DNA of 63,653 bases, filler included, from Octopus bimaculoides (lineage: Eukaryota), in NCBI RefSeq assembly GCF_001194135.2. It is 8 parts of 8 records of this genome, joined end to end, with 100 filler letters (N's around TTAATTAATTAA, not from the genome) between each part and the next. Parts side by side here need not be neighbours in the genome. Positions count along the whole stretch, not along the records: positions 1 to 11,823 come from NC_068983.1; 7 more parts are not named here. One strand, written 5' to 3'. Under the pieces are notes generated by a model. That model did no database searches. It was not told the DNA's origin and was given only the letters and a program-made list of their open reading frames with translations. A program made the translations under genes and the position numbers. The first letter of the stretch is position 1; every line of letters begins with the position of its first letter. Below are positions 1-11,446 of the stretch, in pieces.

Positions 1-49
<49 letters not shown>

Positions 50-59
50 CGCGCGCGCG
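1..59. repeat. (GT)n/(GC)n microsatellite
   Basis: Direct read of the dinucleotide run. Confidence 0.95.
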
Positions 60-636
60 TGAGTGATAATCTTTTAATGCAGTTAGAATTTTAAAATTCT
101 GGCATTTTACTGTGACAGAACTTTTTTCGACTTTTTGACTTCCACTTATCTGTTGTATATTTGAAAACTTAGTTCTTTACTTTTTTGTTCTTACGCTCTC
201 ACTCTTTCATTTTTCTCACTCTCTCATTTACATTCTACATTATTTCTCATCTCTCCTATTTATCCATAATTAGTTCCCTTTTTCTCTCTTAATCAAAATC
301 TGCTTCTTTTCATTACGCAATGTCTTCCCTCTCTCTCCATTCCTCTCTCTCAATCACACATACACATACACATTTCTGTAGCACACATAAATTTGTCTCT
401 TTCTAACTCTAACATTATCTTTCACTCACTCTCTATATCTCTGTTAGTTTAGCACATTACATCTCTAAATCCGCTCTTTTGTAGAGATGCATCTTTCTCT
501 TTTCCCCCTCTTTTCTCTATAAGTTACATACATTATCTCTTCTCTCATTGTTCCATCCCTTTTTATATTTTTATATCAGATCGCTTACTCTTTCTCTCTC
601 TCTCTCTCTCTTCCACTCTGTCAACCTCCTCCCCAC

Positions 637-691
<55 letters not shown>

Positions 692-727
692 GCTATCTAT
701 CTATCTATCTATCTATCTATTTATCTA
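637..727. repeat. (CTAT)n tetranucleotide microsatellite
   Basis: More than 20 CTAT units with 1-2 interruptions. Confidence 0.95.
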
Positions 728-1326
728 ATCCACCTTTCTTTATAATACTTTCTATTTATACTATCTCTTTCAGAAAAGCCGCTGCTTTCTCCTGCCATAT
801 TTCTTTAACTTAAGCAGAAAGTGTTTGAAACCAAGAAACTAAAATAGATGACAAGTGACTGGTCATTAATAGACAGAGTTAAAATTCTATAAGTTTATTA
901 ATAAACGCACAGGAATAAATTTGACTTAGAATTTAGCACACAAAACATGCTGCATATCAGAATAACATTATTACTTGAAGGGTCCCACTAAAATAACATA
1001 GTGAGTTGAAAAAATTTGTTTAACTGAGATCATTTCTACAATTAATAGACAACAAATTCCGCGTTCTCATGTCTGTGCACTCAGTCACTCTAGCAAAGTA
1101 GTAACGAAAATGTGTAGAAAGAGAAGCAGCTGGTATGATATGCAGACGCTGCTACTGAGAGAGAGAGAGAGAGGGGGGATGGAGAGAAAAAGAGAGAAAG
1201 AGAGAGAAAAAGAGAGAGAGAGAGAGAGATTATTGTTGCTTTGACGTGATATGACATTCAAAAAATAAAGGAGAGACCGTTTGCCAGACTTGTCACCGTT
1301 AGAGAGAGGGAGACATAGCTGATAGC

Positions 1327-1329
<3 letters not shown>

Positions 1330-1396
<67 letters not shown>
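1330..1396. repeat. (GA)n microsatellite; similar di-, tri- and tetranucleotide runs flank nearly every gap in the window
   Basis: Direct read. Confidence 0.95.
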
Positions 1397-1404
<8 letters not shown>

Positions 1405-2166
1405 GGGATGCAGCAGAAGCTAATGTCAAGGGTATGAGAGAGGAAAAAGAAAGAGCAAATTGAGTAATTTGTGACCTTTCCTTAACGACTCACTGGTTCA
1501 GAAAAGCGGTCGGAAATTCCTTCGAAATGAATGACAGAAAAAAAGGATGTTATTAATGCTGTAAAAATATATTCAAGTAAAAATGATCGTTGACTCGTAC
1601 ATACACACATACATACATGCATACATACTTAAAATAGTGGGGTAATTTGAGGGAGATTTGGCAACTATTTCTTTCAGGTCTGGTCACCATGTGGCAGTTC
1701 CCTTCTTGGCTTATACATAGGTAGGAGAGTAGAAAACTATATTTCGCTACTATTTCGATTAGATGTAATTGAAATGCAGATATCTGTATAGACGGCTCAG
1801 GTATAAATATATACATAAGATATGTTTTAATTTGAGGGAGATTTGACTGTCATCACAACATACAGATTTCCGCCGTTGACCCATACATATATATGTACAT
1901 AATATTGTTGTGTTGAATTTAAAGGAGATTTGCTTTCTATCTCTAACAGGCTGAGGTAACATGTAAAAACTAATGCCTTTACATATGCACATCAATAGAT
2001 GATGATGGCTACTACTTGTGGAATTTCAAAACCTTCAAATCCAGTGAAAGCTTCTAATAACAGAAATCTGCCATAATGACAGCTGTTAAAATATAAACAA
2101 ACCAATACAATCACTCTCTCTCCCTTGTTCTACATGTATGTCACCCCTTTCATGTCTGTCTATCTG

Positions 2167-2237
<71 letters not shown>

Positions 2238-3174
2238 NNNNNNNNNNNNNNNNNNNNNNNNNNNNNNNNNNNNNNNNNNNNNNNNNNNNNNNNNNNNNNN
2301 NNNNNNNNNNNNNNNNNNNNNNNNNNNNNNNNNNNNNNNNNNNNNNNNNNNNNNNNNNNNNNNNNNNNNNNNNNNNNNNNNNNNNNNNNNNNNNNNNNNN
2401 NNNNNNNNNNNNNNNNNNNNNNNNNNNNNNNNNNNNNNNNNNNNNNNNNNNNNNNNNNNNNNNNNNNNNNNNNNNNNNNNNNNNNNNNNNNNNNNNNNNN
2501 NNNNNNNNNNNNNNNNNNNNNNNNNNNNNNNNNNNNNNNNNNNNNNNNNNNNNNNNNNNNNNNNNNNNNNNNNNNNNNNNNNNNNNNNNNNNNNNNNNNN
2601 NNNNNNNNNNNNNNNNNNNNNNNNNNNNNNNNNNNNNNNNNNNNNNNNNNNNNNNNNNNNNNNNNNNNNNNNNNNNNNNNNNNNNNNNNNNNNNNNNNNN
2701 NNNNNNNNNNNNNNNNNNNNNNNNNNNNNNNNNNNNNNNNNNNNNNNNNNNNNNNNNNNNNNNNNNNNNNNNNNNNNNNNNNNNNNNNNNNNNNNNNNNN
2801 NNNNNNNNNNNNNNNNNNNNNNNNNNNNNNNNNNNNNNNNNNNNNNNNNNNNNNNNNNNNNNNNNNNNNNNNNNNNNNNNNNNNNNNNNNNNNNNNNNNN
2901 NNNNNNNNNNNNNNNNNNNNNNNNNNNNNNNNNNNNNNNNNNNNNNNNNNNNNNNNNNNNNNNNNNNNNNNNNNNNNNNNNNNNNNNNNNNNNNNNNNNN
3001 NNNNNNNNNNNNNNNNNNNNNNNNNNNNNNNNNNNNNNNNNNNNNNNNNNNNNNNNNNNNNNNNNNNNNNNNNNNNNNNNTATGGGTGTATGCGTACATA
3101 TATATACATCTGTATATGCATACATATATATGTATACACACACACGCACACACACACACACACACATATATATG

Positions 3175-4438
3175 GTCCGCTCCCTTCATGACGGCATGGT
3201 GGGTAGGGTGTGCCATCAAAATGCTCTCACAGACCCGTTTCCCATCACTGGGGGCCTTAAGCAAGGATGCGTCCAGGCACCAACTTGTTTCTCTTTGTAC
3301 CATGCCGCCATATTCAACGAAATCCCACTAGACTCGCCTTTCATCAACATGCGCTTTCGCTTGGATGGTGGACTCTTCAATCTCGCACGTCTCCGCGCAA
3401 AGACGAGGACTTCCGCCATCTCAGTCCGTGAGATGCAGTATGCCGACGACAATGCCTCACCGAGCCGGACCGCAGATGGCCTACAAAGGACAGCCGATCT
3501 TTACAACGCGGCTTACGAAGGCTTCGTGATGCAGATTAACACATTCAAAACCAAGACCCTGATCCAACTTGCACCAGGCCAGAACAGTCCATCCAATTAC
3601 ATTAGCATCAAAGACCAACCCCTAAAAGAAGTTGAACACTTTTCATATCTTGGGAGTATCCTTTCGAAGACTCTCGCGTGTGAAAAGGACGTGGAGTACC
3701 GGATCAGGGCTTCCCACTCCGGCTTCGGTAGATTCAGCCAATGTGTATTTTTCAATCACGCGCTAACCAGCTGGACAAAGATCATGATCTTCCGTGCCAT
3801 AGTCCTGTCAACTCTTCTCTACGCTTGTGAGACTTAGACGCTGTACCGCCGTGACTTCAAGCGCCTTGAATGCATCCAGCAATCCACGCTACGACAGATC
3901 CTCAATATACGATGAGAAGATCATATTACCAACAACGAGGTTCTTCACCGTGCTTCACTACCAAGCGTCGAAGCCACCATTCTTCGCCCTCATCTCCGCT
4001 GGGAAGATCGCATCCAGCGTATGGAGCCCTCTCGTCTCCCGAGGGTCATGCTTTACGGAGAACTTGCAATCGGAACAAGACCCAGAGGAGGTCCGAAATT
4101 CCGTTTTAAAGACCAGCTCAAGCGGACCTTGGCTCAAACTAACATCCAGCCATCCTCCTGGGAACAGATTGCCATGGATGGGACAGCCTGAAGGACTGCT
4201 ATCCGCAACAGAGCCAGCTTCTTCGAGCAGAACAGACAACAGAATGAGGAGGTAAAACGCAGGAGAAGAAAGGAGCATCTTCAACATCCTCGACTCGCAC
4301 CGACCATCCTGTGCGAATTCTGCCCACGACTTTTTCACCGCCGACTTTGACTCCAAAGTTACATTCGGCACAAACATCAACTGAGGAAATTGGATAGAAA
4401 CTGACGAACCCAATGCTCGGATACGAGCTGGAGCCGAC
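3175..4438 (+). mobile_element. 5'-truncated RTE-clade LINE (RT C-terminal half, thumb, C-terminal zinc-finger-like motif, 3' end); pseudogenised
   Basis: Frame reads MVRSLHDGM..GLKQGCVQAP..YADDN (3439-3450)..YLGS..TLLYACET*TLYRR..RW..RLPR..LYGEL..CEFCPRLF..HKH. Four in-frame stops and no frameshift up to 4404. Palindromic CATATATATG on both sides (3165-3174, 4439-4448) is a candidate TSD. Confidence 0.92.
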
Positions 4439-4516
4439 CATATATATGTGTGTGCGTGTGTGTATGTGTGTGTGTGTGTGTATGTATATACGTATACACA
4501 CACACACATACATACA

Positions 4517-4547
<31 letters not shown>

Positions 4548-4574
4548 NNNNNNNNNNATATATATATATTGTTT

Positions 4575-4672
4575 CAGATATTTGACTGTAGCCATGCTGG
4601 GACACTGCCTTGAAAAGTTCACTTGAACAAGTCGATCCCAGAACTTATTTTTCAAGTCTGGTATCGATAAAC
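4575..4672 (-). mobile_element. SINE family A 3' tail fragment
   Basis: Reverse complement of the ccagcatggc..cagtcaaa tail of the full copy at 42075-42515. Confidence 0.6.
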
Positions 4673-4783
4673 TAAGTTTCTGATTTTCCATTTGGTGCAT
4701 TGATGTAAAGAATTTTTTTTAGCTCTCTGATGAAGCTTTTTAAAGGTCTTTCAACTGTCGTGTAAGGAAATTCCTTACAGTCA

Positions 4784-5688
4784 TCTACAACATAAGTGGA
4801 AATTCTGTCTGTGGATGTGTTTGTGGATTTGTTAGCTAATTCCTCCTACATCGTTTTATCGATTTTTATGAAACTTGACACGTGAATAGAACTCATATCT
4901 GGAAACCTCATGGCATACTCAGATTATTGAAAAAAATTGATAATAGGGCCCCTACAAGGGATCCTTATATATATCTGATATATTTCATTTTAACAGCCAA
5001 GGGAAATAACCCATTCACCCAGATTTTAACAGCCAAGGTAAATGACCTATTCATTTTCCTAAATCATTTGGTATAAATCAAATTGAGTATGCTTATTTCT
5101 TAGTATTTGAACTGTTAGAGTTATTTTCGCAATTTATCTAGTACAACCCTTAAACAAATAAATAGTATTTTCCTAAACAATAGATCCACTCATTTCGGTT
5201 AGTGACTTATTCACGAATATACCAACACTAGCGCCACTGAGGGTAATATTCTCTGGGAACGCACAAAAACCCTTTTCAGAGTTATTTACTTGGAATTGTT
5301 ATTATCTCATATCTGATTAGCCTGTCATTACATAACATGTATCACGATTTTAGTATACATACCTTATTAATATTTCCTTCTAAGTTCTATATACTCTGTG
5401 AACGTATTAAAGCCCTTTTCGGGGTTACTTTATTTGAATTCTTGTTATTGGGTAACTAATTTCATGTTATTACATAACTGACTTCACAATTTGGGTTTTC
5501 ATAACTTATTGACAATTCCTAAAAACAAGATCCTGTGTAAGGCAATTTGGTATTCTATGTAATTGCACAAAAACCGTTTTAAGAGCTACATATTTTGTAT
5601 TGTTGTTACTGGATTAGCGAAACAATTATGAGATCGGAACCAAGGGATAGGTCCCGCTTTTCCAGCAATTACCGGGTATGTCAGCTAG
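4784..5688 (+). mobile_element. Probable non-autonomous Helitron-like element
   Basis: Starts with TC after an A (4783), followed by tctgtctgt..cgatttttatgaaacttg typical of non-autonomous Helitron 5' ends. Ends in an imperfect GC hairpin then CTAG (5685-5688) followed by T. Internal 36-bp tandem duplication at 4987-5055. No TSD. Confidence 0.5.
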
Positions 5689-5842
5689 TATACATATATA
5701 CACACACAAATATATATATACTCAGCGTGAGTGATATAAATATATCCACATACATATACGCATCTACTCTCATTTATATAGGAAATATATAAATGCTTAA
5801 TGCAAGGCGGACATTCACACAATTTACAACATAGATGCGCAT

Positions 5843-5877
<35 letters not shown>

Positions 5878-8089
5878 GTGAAACTTTTTATTCTACTATT
5901 CTGGTGCTCATTACGGTATTCGATACGACCACGCTGCTTCAATAAAGTATTTTATATATTCCCCTACTCGTCGTACACGTAAGAATGAACAGTGTTATCC
6001 TAAAAGCACCTATTTTTCCATTACGTCTATTCATTTCACAAATCTATCCCATAAATTACCTTCTCACGTGAGCGCTGAAACTTAGAAGCCACGTGAGCTA
6101 CCAAAATGTGACCTAAACTCAGTTCAACGAATGCCGCAGTTTAACAGGCTCGTATTTATAGTGTAGGTCTGTCTATAAACTGACACGTTTTCTGATTAAT
6201 AAAGTACAAACAATAATTCATCTAAATCTTACAAATAAAACAACGAAGTCACGAAATTATAGTTATGATAATGTACTATGTTCATGTTTTATGTATCTCT
6301 ATCCCACCACCACTTTTAATATAAATCACCAAAGTTTTGTATTTGTTTTCGCATTTCAAACGTTTTGCAGCAATAAGAAAGGAACAAGATATCTTTTATG
6401 AATTGCACGTTTAACTTTATGTAGTTTATTTGAGCAATTGTAATTTCAATATGATTTCTAAAAACCGGTTTTCATTTTTGTAATTAGAATGACTAATTTA
6501 CAAAGTTATTTTCAATATGTCTACTTTTAACGGCCTCTACTTAGAATGTTATTTACTTACGATAAACACTCCTCTAGAAAATGGAAGGCCAAATTTAGAC
6601 TTCACTACACTTAACTGTTCTGTGATCCAACTATCCTAGAACCCCCACTCCCCCCAAAAACAGAAAAAATCCTGGTTTTCTCTTTAATGTCGTATTCAAA
6701 ATCTAAAGTTCAACTTCATTATATTGAAGCAATCATGCAATCATAGAGATAAATATGTCAAATGATTTGAATTTTCTGTTCAGATTATAGACCAGAATGT
6801 CGATAATTAAGGTTCTTTTCTTCGGAGAAACATATATAAATATACTAGAATTTTTCCGTGTCATTATTTTCANNNNNNNNNNNNNNNNNNNNNNNNNNNN
6901 NNNNNNNNNNNNNNNNNNNNNNNNNNNNNNNNNNNNNNNNNNNNNNNNNNNNNNNNNNNNNNNNNNNNNNNNNNNNNNNNNNNNNNNNNNNNNNNNNNNN
7001 NNNNNNNNNNNNNNNNNNNNNNNNNNNNNNNNNNNNNNNNNNNNNNNNNNNNNNNNNNNNNNNNNNNNNNNNNNNNNNNNNNNNNNNNNNNNNNNNNNNN
7101 NNNNNNNNNNNNNNNNNNNNNNNNNNNNNNNNNNNNNNNNNNNNNNNNNNNNNNNNNNNNNNNNNNNNNNNNNNNNNNNNNNNNNNNNNNNNNNNNNNNN
7201 NNNNNNNNNNNNNNNNNATATATATATACATATATATGTATATATATATATATATATACACATACATACATATAAGAGGGATGACCACTAAATGGACATC
7301 GAATATGTTAGATGTAGACCCCATATACTCTGACCACTAAGAAAAGATAGTGTGTGATACTGCTGTTTCCAAGTGCTGCATGTTATTTTCGAGTCTTCAG
7401 AACTTTACACTGTACGTCATTATTTCAGAAATAAAAGCTTCCATTGTAGAATTTCTCTCATACAATGCAGACGACATTACCTTGAATTTGAATGCTTTAA
7501 CCAAGAGTTTTAAGGCATGCAGAGATTGATCCAAGGATCCTGTTGGCTTTTGTTTGCGAGTCACGAATAGACGTTTCAAACTGCGATAAATTCGAATGCT
7601 CTGCAAAACCAGCATCTGAATTCCAGAGAGGCAAACGCTGATTGAGAAGGAATCTGTCTATTCGGGACATAGAACTGTGTCTGTATTTGATTCGCTGAAT
7701 TAACTGTCATAAAAAAAATTAAGAATAAAAGAACCGTACTTCGAAGTCTTTAACGAATATTGCTAAAACTCAACAACCGGCTTACATAAGGGTGAAAATT
7801 CGCTCATCAGTGTTGTATCACTTGCATGCTGATATTAATAGCTAGAATATACGCTGTTGTGATATTCAGTGAAAGAATTCGATTTCGATATTGTGAACCA
7901 TCGAACTCAATATCAATCTCCGTTTAATTCAGTATTTCTCGATCAATTGTTATCAGCTCAATTGACAGGTAACTAAGATATTGAGTATGAGGTGCCTTGC
8001 AGTTTGCCAATGTCATGATACGAACACTCAAACCTTCAGTCGAACATTATTTTTCGACCATCTGATTAAACGTTACTTATTACAGAGCA

Positions 8090-8292
8090 ACGGGAGAGCT
8101 TCAATGTGATCTCCCAACTTGTAGAGATACAAGTCAAATTTCTCTCATATCACTGCCTAGCATCTTAAAAATGGACGAAGACTTTGGATAATCTCGTCCG
8201 AGATAACCTAAAATAACTGAATGATTTCAACTGAAATGTCTCTGATCAAAGATCTTGATCAAAGTTGACCTGAAGTTGAACAACAACAACAT
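8090..8292 (+). mobile_element. SINE-like repeat family F, 3' part with (AAC)n tail
   Basis: Similar to minus-strand copies at 12780-12850, 36075-36230 and 44160-44340; ends gttgaacaacaacaac. Confidence 0.55.
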
Positions 8293-8796
8293 CAACAAAA
8301 TGATCTATGAAAATTAATGTTTATTTCGATGGCGTATTTTCATGATATATATTGATCTGGAATAGATTTCTCGTCGCCAACAGTCAAAGCAGCAAGATCC
8401 TATGGGGAAATGAAAGTCAGAAAGAATAATCAAGCAAGAACCTATCGATTGTCGCAATAATATTCCAGTACTTCAGTATTTCGTAAATTATTTTAGGCAA
8501 TAGAGGACTAAAACGGAAGTTTATCGATTTCTTCTTGGTATGAATTAAAATAATTAAACACGCATAGTTCATTTTATTTATTTATTTATTAAAACGCAAG
8601 AGCCAAGCTTCTGCTAGTCAGGTTGAAGCCAATTTATTTCTCATTATGCGAGTAATGATTTCCAGGAAAAGATATAAATGTTAACAGAAACCTTTAAACG
8701 AAATCAAGACAAAAAAAAAAACAAAAAAAGAAATTATGGTTGTAGGCTGAAGTTAGAAATCCTTATCACCTTCATCGCTATTTTAAAAAAAAATCT

Positions 8797-8915
8797 TTTA
8801 TTGGTTTCAGTCATTTAACTACGACCGTGCTGGAGCACTACCGTCAAAGATTTTAATCGGTAATATCGATCCAAGTACTTTTAGATCTGGTACTTATTTT
8901 ATCAATCTATTTTGA
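8797..8915 (-). mobile_element. SINE family A 3' tail fragment
   Basis: ttttattggtttcagtcattt..gctggagcac..ctggtacttatttt matches the family A tail in reverse. Confidence 0.6.
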
Positions 8916-9501
8916 TAAAAAAAAAATTTCGGTGTATAATTGCGTTCGTTTTGTTAAAATTTGCAGCTTAAAAAATTTTTTTTTATCAAAATAGATTGAT
9001 AAAATAAGTACACACACACTTGCATGTGGAAGCTTCTAGTTGCAGCTGACAGAATTAAATTACACAAACTTTAGTATGTTTTTTTTTTGCCCGTTACTGT
9101 TAATATACATACATGCATATATTATATGTGTGTGTGCGCGCACCTTGTCTATGTGTGCGAGTGAGTGTCAAACTGCAGAACGGACACCCATAAAACCATT
9201 TGGTCAAATATGTTTAACATTTATTTTGAAATATAAAGCAGCAATGTGTTTAAATTAATTTTATCATTTTATTTTTGTATTTATATGGAAAAGTATTTTA
9301 ACTAGAGGCTGAGGTCGATATTATTTGGGAGAACACTAGAGAGAAAATCAAAGAAAGTGAAATAGAGATAAGGAATGAGAGAGAGTGCCACATAACAGAA
9401 AAGTGGAGAAGTGGTCANNNNNNNNNNAAGTTGGTAATGACACAAGGAACAGATGATGAAATTTTGGTAGTGATCTGAGAATTTCCAGGTGGTGCTATTA
9501 A

Positions 9502-9553
9502 ATTAGACATGGCCTGAGACAACTTCGGCCGAAACTTATCTAAGTAATCTAAT
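9502..9553 (+). ncRNA. Hammerhead ribozyme relic lacking the CUGAUGA core strand
   Basis: attaga/tctaat stem I, ggcc..ggcc stem II, GAAAC (9531-9535), actta/taagt stem III and GUA triplet are in the correct order, but only about 2-3 nt lie where CUGAnGA should be. Confidence 0.45.
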
Positions 9554-10015
9554 CCATGCTGTAAATTTTTAATCAAAGCATGATAACGTGGGTAGAGGCT
9601 GATATCTTAACATTTCTGATGGTCTTAAGTATAAAAAAAATTATTGAAGATTTATATAGAACTACATTCAAAGTATGTCTATAAGCTATTGTGTTTAGAC
9701 CTGGTTTCTATCCTCAAACTGTTCCGTTTTGCAGATGCAATTTTTTTTTTTTTAATAAAACACTCCGAAATTAGAAAAATCAAAAATCTGCAATAGTCTC
9801 GGTCCCATGAGTATCGGATAATGGATTTTCAACTGTGTAAAGAAACTGATTGTGGTGATCGTAGTTTTGACGGTGATTGTGGTGAAAGCAGAGACAGTGT
9901 TGATGATGACGATGGTCTAGATAAATATGGCTGTTGTCATTGATGTAGTATAACGATTCCTGTTTTTAAAGGGGTTTTTTTTTTTCAAATTCATATTGCT
10001 GTGTTATTTTTTTTT

Positions 10016-10147
10016 TTACCCCCGCCAAGGAGGTTATGTTTTTTGCCGGCGTTGGTTTGGGAAATTGGGCGATTTTCAGCATGCGTGTATATGGGTGGAA
10101 ATGAGCTGCTTGGCGGAGGTCTGCGCTCTCCGAGTGTTTTTCTAGTT
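10016..10147 (+). mobile_element. Miniature Helentron/HINE (DINE-1-like) element
   Basis: Subterminal inverted repeats acccccgccaag (10018-10029) and cttggcggaggt (10109-10120), 11/12 complementary; ggaggttatgtttt head; ends ..ctagtt; T-run at the left end. Confidence 0.6.
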
Positions 10148-10289
10148 TCCTATTGCCGATAGTAACTTCGAAGCGGTGTATGTGTTGTCAAGCGATTTAT
10201 GAGTGTCAAATGTGAATAGAAATAAACCTCGGTTGTTGGATGGTCAGAAGAATATTCCTATCACAGAATCTTGAAAAGCACATAAAAAT

Positions 10290-11045
10290 AATAAAGGAGG
10301 AATCTTTTCATTCATGATCCTCGTGACGCAAGCATAACATTCCTTACAAACCTCTTCCTTACAAAAGTTTGCCAAAAGCTATATTGCTCTTGCTGTGGCT
10401 TCAAATAACATTACAGCAATGCGTCTGGATGGTAGAAGAACTGCACACATATTTAAACTACCTCTAGACCTCACACAACGTATACAAATTCTGTGCAACA
10501 TGAAAAACTTAGGCAAGAACAAGTTTCTGCAAAAATACATTTAGTCGTCTAGGTTGAAGCAACTATAAGCTACAAATGAGCAGACGAAGTCTTGGATTGG
10601 ATAATGTAAGATCCGAGAAACAATACATGTATAACGGGAGGAGTTACCATCGTTCTTGCTGGTGATTTCACACAAACTCTGTGGTAAATCTCAGTCGTTG
10701 AACGTGAGGCCAGATATAAGAGGTTTGCAAACAAATATTGATCGGCTACGGTGCCTCAATTAAATATGTAAGTGCGTTTGTTTAGTGATAACGCTATTGG
10801 TAACTTTCACAGTTACTCAAAGACAGGAGCGAACCTCAAAGACAGGAACGAACTGCTTGAGAGGTAATACAAGGATCAAATTCAGTTGTTGTTTAGCTCA
10901 TTTCGTTGAAACATAGTAGGAACCTATTGCCGAAGTCTTTCCTAAAATTCCCGTAAGACAATATGATCTCAAATGGCTCTGCGAATGAGTAACCCAAGCA
11001 CTGAAAATGTCGCTGTTAGATAAATTAACAGAAAGCTACTGGAAA
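10290..11045 (+). mobile_element. Helitron PIF1-type helicase relic (many stops and frameshifts)
   Basis: Fragments in the correct order: GGIF-FIHDPRDASITFLTNL (decayed Walker A region), IALAVAS..LDGRRTAH-IFKLPLDL, VV*VEAT..LD, GGVTIVLAGDFTQTL, ELIAEVFP..KWLCE(R). Confidence 0.85.
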
Positions 11046-11052
11046 ATGTTAA

Positions 11053-11250
11053 GGTGACTAGCTGGCAGATTTGTTAGCACGTCAGACAAAATGCTAAGCG
11101 GCATTTCTTTTGGTTCTGACTTCAAAGACCGCCGAGATCAGCTTTGCCTTTCATCCCTTCGGGATCGACAAAATAAAACAAGAAGTCAAATGCTGGAGTC
11201 GATGTAATCGATTTGTCCTCTTCCCTTATAAATTACTAGCTTTGAACCCT
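11053..11250 (+). mobile_element. tRNA-derived SINE family C
   Basis: agctggcaga..gttagcac..aaatgctaagcggcatttc..gctttgcctttcatcc..gtcgatgtaatcga; same family as 60221-60438. Confidence 0.75.
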
Positions 11251-11446
11251 GCAATGGACCGGCGTTTCGTTCAGGTAGGGTCGGGGGTTATAATTTTGGT
11301 TACTTATATGCCATGGAAACCAGATAACTGGCCTTATGAGTCGAAGGGCTCCAGGAAAAAAACTGGACCAGCTACCTTGAGGGTATAGGAAAGTGGGTTA
11401 TCCATCATTAGATGTATACCTGACTTTCCTATATAAAATTAAAGAA

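Noticed and set aside
7461-7481. YNADDITL resembling an RT YADD motif
   Set aside because: No other RT motifs are recognisable in any frame nearby.
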